Shown here: one piece after another, positions 57,101 to 64,000 of the stretch
Layout of the letters: every line of letters begins with the position of its first letter
How positions within the stretch are numbered: position 1 is the stretch's first letter
Source: Candidatus Sumerlaeaceae bacterium
Lineage (GTDB): Bacteria; Sumerlaeota; Sumerlaeia; Sumerlaeales; Sumerlaeaceae
Reading direction: 5' to 3'
Length of the DNA stretch: 64,000 nucleotides
Assembly (NCBI GenBank): GCA_051003195.1
Contig: JBPCLP010000055.1
Span: forward strand, 1 to 64,000
Translations under genes and position numbers: made by a program
The notes under the pieces: generated by a model
Databases searched by the model: none
What the model was told of the DNA's origin: nothing
What the model saw: only the letters and a program-made list of their open reading frames with translations

Positions 57101-57939
57101 CCGGAGCGAATTACTTTAACGTTGCAGAGGTTAAGCGGCTCATTGCCGAGCTGGCAGTCGCACGTGAGGAGTACTGCACCCACAACTACGACGCCGTTGA
57201 GCTGAAGCTCAAGGACATCGAAGCGCGTCTGGCTCGCGTCATCGAAACCACACCGCTGGTTCTCGAAGAGAACCTGATTGAGACAACTGAGAAACTGAAC
57301 GCGCTCGTACTTGCCGGTGCCGAGAACTGGATGGCGCAGGAAGTCGACGATGTAAAAAGCCTCATGAACCGCTCAGTCATCGACTTTCGCAAACACGACT
57401 ACTATTCGAGCTATACGAATATCCGCAATGCCATGGCGCTGACCGAGCGCATTGAGGCACGTCTTCAGGAGCAGGTTTACTACGACGCCATCACCGAGCT
57501 TTTCGCGCAGATGGATCTTGCATTCCGGGACTTCTCCCAGGTGCTGGATTACGATCGCGTCTTCCTGAAGAAACTCATCACCACACCTCAGGGCCAGCCT
57601 GCTGCCATAGGTTTCCGCGGCCAGCAAAGCCCCAATCTGTTCAAGGATCGTATAACAGACATCTACCTTCGTGCAATTCATCTGAAGGCGCCCAAAAGCC
57701 AGGAAGGCACACATAACGAGGTGATCACTTCGATCAAGTTTGCGAAGGTGGCCGCCGAGAACTTCCAGAAGCTGTTCATCCTGGATCAGGTTTCCTACCC
57801 CGATGCTTATGATATCATCGACACAGCCTTTAACCAGTTCCAGCGCTCGCGCATACTTCGCGGGGAAATCCAGGTGCGGCTGATAGATCCACAGGCACGG
57901 ACCAAGGTAATCCGCGCCGAGAAAATCGTGAACTTCTAG
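54163..57939 (+). CDS. Very large alpha-helical repeat lipoprotein (DUF4398-like hairpin repeats)
   Basis: Lipobox LSG-C; recurring A..[YF].P turns; central Gly/Thr/Pro-rich linker. Start placed at GTG 54163 (ORF open from 53935). Confidence 0.7.
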   Translation: MNRKLQRFSISRPMAVLAAVSLCITLSGCYGVYEGKAEKNIKQATDWQAEKFDESKPIFESAKKSLDAAKQANAGKQGGEARKQAKEAATLSEQAMNAAKTRYADQQLKQAKKAMEVARINDGQSQNAKLYTTAEANFNEANEKYGKQKYEDTINLSRQVQTDVDQLLATLKNTAHNQLETLRQRMRDLDAAQASKYNPQPILRGNEQVERIKEKIENDRDYKQAIIMAGGTISEIEAGIIEAKKKHSEAELRGLEDKIAEAITEEAPIHVPDALKNVQDQFEAILAGFYEKQFDSVLSAAEALKPRVDQLITMSRIEATKDRIRQVTEGVQRLKEQNVEQYLPGRVKVMEDLLAKSQDQFNNNNYEGAKFEAGNALIEQDRITASFDALAESTIQDASGSVIAARQTYTRMGQIFGTGQTAVDPRLESRFQIRSAELNAKLAEASQQLDFSNTTRRTKEFRKAIESAKVSHATADSVANGTYKLVTENALLGIQDQISALERQGAREFAPRQLGEVQSLVEQTQKLVSENQNREAADRVAKTRATLENVKQELARRAVEEGARTGDILRRIEGGAAPTPASGGGPQTMAPRTTPYGQYPGGTELNNKESMFATDITGLSSSDARELSARQPIVLAQTHVGHPTNSSGWTGEQGYLDNRNITHGTYMTHNPPDRVFLGTGSHTGAIIGTRPEPVVPTREDTGSYTGGSQGSYEPPTAPGPFVALGTSRTGGAAVALSATAGGDTASAPLDSGVAIVRAQINDIVLDQQRSRDLRTYQPDAIRDAEAKLSESASALASGEYIRATQLAQEAQKIIVDADRKAAEAAATKSIQDAADRINIAEAAGAVMFAPAQLNEAIKLYEQARSSLKTGDVHDARAVAGRAMVAAEDARLYNVTKAHDLAALSIRYGGYKSTHPALSEANNLAYGAENLLNHPNSAAAGQEMAKQAVMMGQLALDSARDYSFQERLDNIYKALNTALRAGANYFNVAEVKRLIAELAVAREEYCTHNYDAVELKLKDIEARLARVIETTPLVLEENLIETTEKLNALVLAGAENWMAQEVDDVKSLMNRSVIDFRKHDYYSSYTNIRNAMALTERIEARLQEQVYYDAITELFAQMDLAFRDFSQVLDYDRVFLKKLITTPQGQPAAIGFRGQQSPNLFKDRITDIYLRAIHLKAPKSQEGTHNEVITSIKFAKVAAENFQKLFILDQVSYPDAYDIIDTAFNQFQRSRILRGEIQVRLIDPQARTKVIRAEKIVNF

Positions 57940-57964
57940 TCGGAATCTCCCCCATTGCAATTAC

Positions 57965-57990
57965 AAGGCGGGCTTCGGCCCGCCTTTTTC
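57965..57990 (+). terminator. Rho-independent terminator
   Basis: AAGGCGGGC-ttcg-GCCCGCCTT followed by TTT. Confidence 0.9.
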
Positions 57991-58072
57991 ATTGGCGGCA
58001 GGTCATCCTCGTACTCTTGACCTGCGTCCAATCACCTATAACATATCGCTTAACTAGCTGGGACGGCATATC

Positions 58073-58504
58073 ATGAAATTCTACTTACGTTTCGGTGCGG
58101 CAGTAGTGGTGATAGCGTTGATTGTGTGGCTGCTGATGGAGTTCGGGCAGCGCGATGCCCCCGCTCCCGTTGCCGTGGCGGTTTCGCCCGCTCCAACACC
58201 GGTACCAACTCCAGCTATTGCGCCTGTGCCGAGGCCGGTGCAGGCACCTATCAGCCAGCCAACCCTTCCCGCTTTCATCCCTCGCGCAGCGCTCGGAGCA
58301 CACGTTACCATCACGGGTACGCGCCGTGTGGATGACTGGTGGTATGTTACCGCTGTAGGCCGCGATCGCAATGCGCTTAATGACTTCCTGGATATAGCAT
58401 ACAAGTCAGGCCTGCGCGATCTGGATGTAAACTACCAGGACTACAAACAGTTCATTGTCCGCGGCCAACAACGCTCACAGAACACCTTCAAAATGCGCTT
58501 CTAA
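58073..58504 (+). CDS. Hypothetical membrane-anchored protein with Pro-rich linker
   Basis: N-terminal TM, PAPTPVPTP linker, small C-terminal alpha/beta domain. Confidence 0.65.
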   Translation: MKFYLRFGAAVVVIALIVWLLMEFGQRDAPAPVAVAVSPAPTPVPTPAIAPVPRPVQAPISQPTLPAFIPRAALGAHVTITGTRRVDDWWYVTAVGRDRNALNDFLDIAYKSGLRDLDVNYQDYKQFIVRGQQRSQNTFKMRF

Positions 58505-58528
58505 CCTAAGTGGTGGGTCGTCTCGCCG

Positions 58529-58628
58529 CTAGTGCGCCGAATCCGAAATTCCTATCCAGTTTGAGCGCGGAAGATGAGCGCGATTCGGCACACAGAACCG
58601 AATACGAATTAACGGTAGCCCACACTAA
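58529..58628 (+). mobile_element. MITE-like palindromic element, copy 4 (subfamily A, 100 bp)
   Basis: CTAGTGCG...CACACTAA; 88/100 identical to 33654..33753. Confidence 0.8.
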
Positions 58629-59839
58629 GCGACCAGCGGCGCTCCCAGATCGTTGTGCAGGATAACGGCCACCGCGCCGCGCAGCCGAGGGTGTATCAGG
58701 TCATCGGTAGGAACGATCTTGGTGGGCAGGTGCTTCTGCACGCGCGAGGCTACCTCTTTGAGCACAGGCGGTCCCACGATATTCCATGCCCGGGTCACCT
58801 CGCCGACCACCACCACGACGCTTGGCGCTAGTGAAGTAACAACCATCGCCAGCCCAACACCCAGGTAATGCCCCATTTTCTCCAGCGCCTTTACTGCGCG
58901 AGTGTCATTCTGCTCGGCCAGGTTCACAATGTCTTCGAAGCTGATCGCGCCATTTCGGCCAGTCGTGCCCTGGCCATTCTTTTTACCACCGGGTGCACTT
59001 AGCTCCTCGTAATAACGCACTGCTGCCGAGTTCGAAGCATACACTTCCCAACAGCCGCGATTGCCGCAATTACATAGAAGCCCATCCTCGCAAATGGACA
59101 CATGCCCAAACTCGCCCGCCATGCCCGTGGGGCCGCGAAGTAATTGACCGTTCATAAAAATGCCACAGCCCACCCCCTCCGACACAGTCAGGGCTACAAG
59201 ATCCTGCACACCATCCGCGTGCTTACCAAACCAGATCTCAGCCAGCGCGCAGGCATTGGGGGCGTTCTCGACGATGACCGGTAATCCTGTAGTCTCCTCC
59301 AGGGGCCCGATGAAGTCGATATCCCGCCACCCCAGGTTCGGTGCGTACGCCAGCCTTGCTCCCTTTAACGTTACGCGGCCGGGCAGGCTTACGCCGATCC
59401 CGGCATATGTGTACTTGTGGCTTTTCATGAAAGCGCCGACAGCTTTGGTCAGGTCATCGATAAACTTCTCAGGGTCGTTGATAGTCTTCAGGCGTTCCAG
59501 CGTAACAAACCGTCCGCTCATATCCGCAACGGCCAGTGTCGTGTGCACGGGGCGGATATCGACTCCAATGATATAAGTCCGGTCATTATTGAAGTGAAGT
59601 ACGCGGGGTTTGCGGCCGCGTGGTGCATCGGTCAGCGCGCCTTCCGTTACCCACTGCTGTTCGATCAGTTCCTCGACAATTAACGATACGGTGGAGAACT
59701 GGAGCCCGGACTTCCTTGCCAGGTCCGCACGGGAAATCGGCTGGTGCGTACGAAGAAAGTTCAGCACGATACGCCGATTTATGTCCCGCGCAGTCTCGCT
59801 GGTGGCGACCTGGAAGTTTTTTAGATCAATTTTGCGCAT
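58625..59839 (-). CDS. ROK-family transcriptional regulator (NagC/XylR-like)
   Basis: N-terminal HTH (ISRADLA..SGL), GRKP, GEFGH, C.CGNRGCWE. Confidence 0.92.
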   Translation of the reverse strand: MRKIDLKNFQVATSETARDINRRIVLNFLRTHQPISRADLARKSGLQFSTVSLIVEELIEQQWVTEGALTDAPRGRKPRVLHFNNDRTYIIGVDIRPVHTTLAVADMSGRFVTLERLKTINDPEKFIDDLTKAVGAFMKSHKYTYAGIGVSLPGRVTLKGARLAYAPNLGWRDIDFIGPLEETTGLPVIVENAPNACALAEIWFGKHADGVQDLVALTVSEGVGCGIFMNGQLLRGPTGMAGEFGHVSICEDGLLCNCGNRGCWEVYASNSAAVRYYEELSAPGGKKNGQGTTGRNGAISFEDIVNLAEQNDTRAVKALEKMGHYLGVGLAMVVTSLAPSVVVVVGEVTRAWNIVGPPVLKEVASRVQKHLPTKIVPTDDLIHPRLRGAVAVILHNDLGAPLVA

Positions 59840-59974
59840 GTCGGAATTTCTGTCTGTGTCAGCCTGATGCCACTAAAAACCAGTCAGTGTGGAGATCACT
59901 GTTTTGTGAATGCAAGGCTTGTGAGTTGCAAATAGCTGAGCCAGCTAGAAGTAAAATCTGCCTGCGAGGTCTCG

Positions 59975-60436
59975 TTGCCACTATCCCATAATATTTTTCG
60001 TGCTCGGCCCCAGGATCTCTCACTGGCGCGACAGGCTGTCGTGGGTCTACACAATCACACTCCGGGTGATGACGTGGCTCTGCTGGCTTTTCTATCCGAT
60101 CCCAACGGTTATTTGCTTCTTGCGACAAAAGGTGAGCAGGTGATCGGCAGCCTGAGTGGTTTCGCGCTGCGCCATGCATTTCGCAGTGAGCCGGCTTTTC
60201 TCCTGTATGAGATCGATGTCCACCCATCGGCTCGACGGAATGGAATCGGCACAGCGCTTGTGCGGCAATTCATCAATGAAGCCGAAATGGCGAGAGCTTA
60301 CGAAGTATGGGTGCTGACTAATCAAAGTAACACGCCCGCTATGTCTATGTACACGCGTTGCGGCCTGAGCCGCCGAAACCTTGACGATGTGATGCTGGAG
60401 ATCGCGCTCAGTGGCCCAGGCGACTCGCACACCTGA
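59975..60436 (+). CDS. GNAT family N-acetyltransferase
   Basis: V.P.ARRNGIG, N.PA..MY..CG. Confidence 0.85.
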   Translation: MPLSHNIFRARPQDLSLARQAVVGLHNHTPGDDVALLAFLSDPNGYLLLATKGEQVIGSLSGFALRHAFRSEPAFLLYEIDVHPSARRNGIGTALVRQFINEAEMARAYEVWVLTNQSNTPAMSMYTRCGLSRRNLDDVMLEIALSGPGDSHT

Positions 60437-60571
60437 CGGGCTTCACCTGCGCTTTTTTGTATTGACGCATTATGCGCCGCTTCTTTTGGGTAAGCCAACT
60501 TGTAACCCGTGCTCCCGCGCTGGCGGTGCAACGGAACCCATAGATTAGCTATAGATAGGTTGGAGGCGACC

Positions 60572-60814
60572 ATGGCCGTTGGTCAGAAGGTTAAAGAAAT
60601 CGTTGCTCAGCAGTTGGGTGTCAACGAGGAGCAGGTCACTGAGGAAGCGTCGTTTAAGGATGACCTCGGCGCCGACTCGCTCGACATCGTCGAGCTGGTC
60701 ATGGCATTCGAGGAAGAGTTTAACATCGAGATTCCCGACGAAGATGCTGAGAAAGTTCTCACGGTCGGGCAGGCAGTTTCCTATATCGAGGGCAAGGCTG
60801 GCACAGCCGAGTAA
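60572..60814 (+). CDS. acpP: Acyl carrier protein
   Basis: [32 protein letters not shown]. Confidence 0.97.
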   Translation: MAVGQKVKEIVAQQLGVNEEQVTEEASFKDDLGADSLDIVELVMAFEEEFNIEIPDEDAEKVLTVGQAVSYIEGKAGTAE

Positions 60815-60872
60815 CTCTGTGGCATGCCGAATAGACGGCCCACTGCCGTCATATTAAAACGCTTCAAAAGGG

Positions 60873-60910
60873 CGCGTCGGGTTGAAATCAGCCCGGCGCG
60901 AATTTTTTTT
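60873..60910 (+). terminator. Terminator between acpP and fabF
   Basis: CGCGTCGGGTTGA-aa-TCAGCCCGGCGCG followed by a T8 tract. Confidence 0.75.
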
Positions 60911-60961
60911 GGCGGTGGATGCTGCCTACACTGGCAAGCTTAACGTAAAACGAGGAGAACC

Positions 60962-62206
60962 ATGGAATTCAGGCGCGTAGTGGTAACTGGGCTGGGAGCA
61001 ATTACCCCGATCGGCAATACAGTGGACGAATACTGGCACGGTCTGCAGCACGGTGCCTGCGGTGTCGGTCCGATCACGCGCTTTGATACCACCGGCCAGA
61101 CAGTGACCATCGCCGCCGAGGTGAAGGGTCTCAATCCCGAGGACCACTTCGAGAAGAAAGAGATCAAGAAGCTCGACTACTTCGTGCGTTTTGCGATGGT
61201 CGCCGGGCGTGAAGCTTTCAGGCAAAGTGGCCTCGATCTTACGCAGCACGATGCGAATGAGATTGGTGTGCTCATCGGCGTGGGCATGGGCGGGGTGCTA
61301 ACCATTGAGGAACAACATGACGTGCTGGTGAAGCGTGGCCCCGGGCGCGTCACTCCATTCCTGGTCCCCAAGATGATCCCGAACATGGCAGCCGGAATGG
61401 TATCTATCGATCTGGGCCTTAAGGGGCCGAACTCCGCCGTCTCGACCGCATGCGCGTCTGCGACACACGCGATCGGCGATTCGTTCCGCATTATCCAGCG
61501 CGGCGATGCCACAGCCATGATATGTGGCGGCGCGGAATCGGTCATCACCCCCCTCTCCATTGCCGGGTTTGCCAACATGGGCGCGCTCAGTGCATGCAAC
61601 GACACGCCGCATTGCGCCAGCCGGCCATTCGACGCGAACCGCAATGGCTTCGTGATGGGAGAAGGCTCCGGCCTGCTCGTACTCGAGGAACTGGAGCACG
61701 CAAAGCAGCGCGGTGCTAACATCCTGGCGGAAATCGTCGGCTATGGTCTCACCGGCGATGCATTCCATATGACATCCCCGGGACCAAATGGCGAGGGAGG
61801 CGCGCGTTGCATGCGCATGTGCCTGCGCTCCGCCGGACTGCAGCCTGAACAAGTCGACTACATAAACGCACACGGCACCAGCACCCCGTTAAACGACAAG
61901 CTGGAAACGCAGGCAATCAAAACGGTGTTCGGCGACCATGCATACAAGATCGCCGTCAGCTCCAACAAAAGCATGATAGGCCACCTCATCGGTGCCGCGG
62001 GCGGAGTTGAAGCAGTGGCCACCGTCCTTACGATACGCGACGGGCAGATTCCTCCCACGATCAACTACTCCGAAAAAGACAACGAGTGCGACCTGGACTA
62101 CGTGCCCAACACCGTGCGCCAGCAGCAGGTCAACGTCGCCATCAGCAACAGCCTGGGATTCGGTGGCCACAACGCGACGATTGCATTCAGGAGCTATAAC
62201 GGCTAG
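60962..62206 (+). CDS. fabF: Beta-ketoacyl-ACP synthase II
   Basis: RRVVVTGLG, TACAS, NAHGTST, GH.IGAAG, NSLGFGGHN. Confidence 0.97.
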   Translation: MEFRRVVVTGLGAITPIGNTVDEYWHGLQHGACGVGPITRFDTTGQTVTIAAEVKGLNPEDHFEKKEIKKLDYFVRFAMVAGREAFRQSGLDLTQHDANEIGVLIGVGMGGVLTIEEQHDVLVKRGPGRVTPFLVPKMIPNMAAGMVSIDLGLKGPNSAVSTACASATHAIGDSFRIIQRGDATAMICGGAESVITPLSIAGFANMGALSACNDTPHCASRPFDANRNGFVMGEGSGLLVLEELEHAKQRGANILAEIVGYGLTGDAFHMTSPGPNGEGGARCMRMCLRSAGLQPEQVDYINAHGTSTPLNDKLETQAIKTVFGDHAYKIAVSSNKSMIGHLIGAAGGVEAVATVLTIRDGQIPPTINYSEKDNECDLDYVPNTVRQQQVNVAISNSLGFGGHNATIAFRSYNG

Positions 62207-63336
62207 TTCGGAGATCCGGCATACACTGCCGTAATCTCGCGGAGCCACCGCTCGCGATTGTGAAAATTTAGCGCGCGATCGCGGGCACTGTTGCTCAACG
62301 TGCTGCCCAGTTCCGTCGAATCGAGAATACGACTGATCGCACCCGCCATTGCATCGGGATCGTCAGGCGGAACTACCAGCCCGGTCTCGCCGTCGCGCAG
62401 CACTTCGGGGATACATCCCACCGCTGTGGCGACAATTGGCAACCCCGACGCCATGTACTCATACGTCACCCTGCTCGACCCCTCGCTGCCACGGCTTGCA
62501 AGCACGCCAACATCCAGTGAAGCCATTGCCGTCTGGACGTCGTCCAGCCAGTCGCGAATAATTACACGGTCCGCGATGCCCAGCTCGCGCGCAAGCGTCA
62601 TGTATTGCTCCGGCTTTGTGCCACATGAGCGTCCCGCGATCAGGAAACGTGTGTCCGATGCCTGTGCATTGACCATCGCGGCGGCGCGCAAAAACACTTC
62701 CTGGCCTTTGATCGCCTGCATTCGCGCGATCAGGCCAATCAGCTTTTCGCCGTGCTCTACACCAATACTGGCGCGCCACGCCTCGCTGCGCTTATCGGTT
62801 GTGAACGCGGCCGTATCCACCCCGGAGTAAACCACCCGCAGCTTTTCCTGTATCAGCGGCAGCATCGACCCAAAACTATCGGCTGCAATCTGCGACACCG
62901 CGATGACAGCATCGGTCCGATTGCGCAGCAGCCATCGGTTTGCCGCGTGATTGCGCATGGCCGTAATTACATGGCGAGTGCGAACGATCCGCGGAACGGG
63001 CGTCGTTGCAGCAACGGCGAACGCTGCAACCCAGTGATCTTTACCCCTGTGGCAATGCACAATTTCCGCGTGGTGCCCACGTATGATACGCTGTAGTTTG
63101 CGCATGTCCGCATAATCCGTAATTGGATTAAAGCTGCCGCTGAAAACCAGCGACTCACACGTCACGCCGGCCGCGCGGGCCCGCTCCTCCAGCTCGCTCC
63201 CGCCGCGCACCACCAGCAGCGCCGAATGTCCCCTGGCATTCAACTCCATTGCAAGATCGAGACAATGCGCTGCCTCTCCGATGAACTTCCGCGCGCTGTT
63301 GCAGATCACAATCTTCAATGCCGGGCCGGTCCGCAC
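62203..63336 (-). CDS. GT4 glycosyltransferase
   Basis: KGQ..FL, EG..R...E.MASG.P.V.T.VG..PE. Confidence 0.85.
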   Translation of the reverse strand: MRTGPALKIVICNSARKFIGEAAHCLDLAMELNARGHSALLVVRGGSELEERARAAGVTCESLVFSGSFNPITDYADMRKLQRIIRGHHAEIVHCHRGKDHWVAAFAVAATTPVPRIVRTRHVITAMRNHAANRWLLRNRTDAVIAVSQIAADSFGSMLPLIQEKLRVVYSGVDTAAFTTDKRSEAWRASIGVEHGEKLIGLIARMQAIKGQEVFLRAAAMVNAQASDTRFLIAGRSCGTKPEQYMTLARELGIADRVIIRDWLDDVQTAMASLDVGVLASRGSEGSSRVTYEYMASGLPIVATAVGCIPEVLRDGETGLVVPPDDPDAMAGAISRILDSTELGSTLSNSARDRALNFHNRERWLREITAVYAGSPN

Positions 63337-63352
63337 AGCATGGTCGTGAGAG

Positions 63353-64000
63353 CTACCGGTCCCAGCCGAAGTCCCTGCCCGTCAATTCCTTCAGCTGCGC
63401 ATTGTAAGGGCGAAAGTACTCGACCAGTCGGGTACGTGTTTCTGGCTTCATCTCATCCTTGTACGAGCCCACGTTGAACCGCTTGTACTCCTTCAGATCC
63501 ATCGGCGGCACACCCAGGAACGCACACACCTGCTGGACTATTTCCTCTGACTTTTCGGCGAAATCTTCCGTGCGCAGGACAAGAATCTGCTCGCGCGGAA
63601 ATTGCGCGTACCATCGCTCCAATTGCTCGGCATAATGACCGCGCTGCTTGTACGAGAAATGGCGCAATGCACCGATCTTTTTACGCGTCGCCATCGCGCG
63701 CTCCATTGTTCCCTTCAGCCTCTCTTCCTCACCATCGAGCGCCTCTTCGAACGTCAACTTTTCACATCCCTTACGCAGCTCATGCTGATAATGCGAGTAC
63801 GCGCGATCAATGGGATTGCGCAACAATGCGACAAACCGTCCGTTGGGAATGGTCCGCCTCGCATTTTCAGCGGCGAACGGAATGAATATATAACCGGGCG
63901 AAGCTTCACCAACCAGGAATGGCCGGCCCTGCCGCAATGCGCGCCACCGCTGAAATATTGTTGGGAAATGAGCGCGGTACCATAGCTTCCCCTTCCGAAA
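63353..64000 (-). CDS. Sulfotransferase (5'-partial; runs off the window edge)
   Basis: Frame is open to 64000 (FRKGKLWYRAHFP); GEASPGY, LRNPIDRAYSHY, G.Y..QL.RW. Confidence 0.85.
   Translation of the reverse strand, partial: FRKGKLWYRAHFPTIFQRWRALRQGRPFLVGEASPGYIFIPFAAENARRTIPNGRFVALLRNPIDRAYSHYQHELRKGCEKLTFEEALDGEEERLKGTMERAMATRKKIGALRHFSYKQRGHYAEQLERWYAQFPREQILVLRTEDFAEKSEEIVQQVCAFLGVPPMDLKEYKRFNVGSYKDEMKPETRTRLVEYFRPYNAQLKELTGRDFGWDR

Noticed and set aside
1..64000. rRNA, tRNA, transposase, integrase, prophage or defence-system genes; numerous antisense ORFs
   Set aside because: No recognisable motifs by eye (tRNAscan and Infernal not run). The long antisense ORFs overlap well-supported genes and are expected in GC-rich DNA.

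Overview
A 64-kb, GC-rich window of bacterial chromosome. Housekeeping genes (infB, cimA, mrp/apbC, glnB, trpF-trpB, rpsU, rnj, mgtE, a phosphoglucomutase, acpP-fabF) are interleaved with many exported, mostly uncharacterised proteins: a beta-helix protein, tandem amidases, TPR and carboxypeptidase-regulatory-repeat proteins, putative glycoside hydrolases, a DUF1800/DUF1501 pair, two orphan prepilins and a lipoprotein of about 1,260 aa. The prepilin style suggests Candidatus Sumerlaeota (BRC1), but this is inference only. I saw no rRNA, tRNA, CRISPR array, transposase or prophage. Three signals stand out. (1) Three unrelated exported proteins end in the same short tail, [SAT]-[AS]-[IVA]-x-[EN]-W-x-x-[FY], a candidate protein-sorting signal. 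(2) A D-x-x-T-[T/S] motif is enriched in exported proteins and absent from the cytoplasmic proteins I checked; it is a candidate O-glycosylation sequon, and a TMTC-like GT-C transferase is encoded in the window. (3) Four copies of a 91-100-bp palindromic MITE-like element (CTAGTGTG...CACACTAG) are present: two overlap stop codons and one appears inserted in frame into a signal peptide. All family calls come from recognising motifs by eye, not from database searches.
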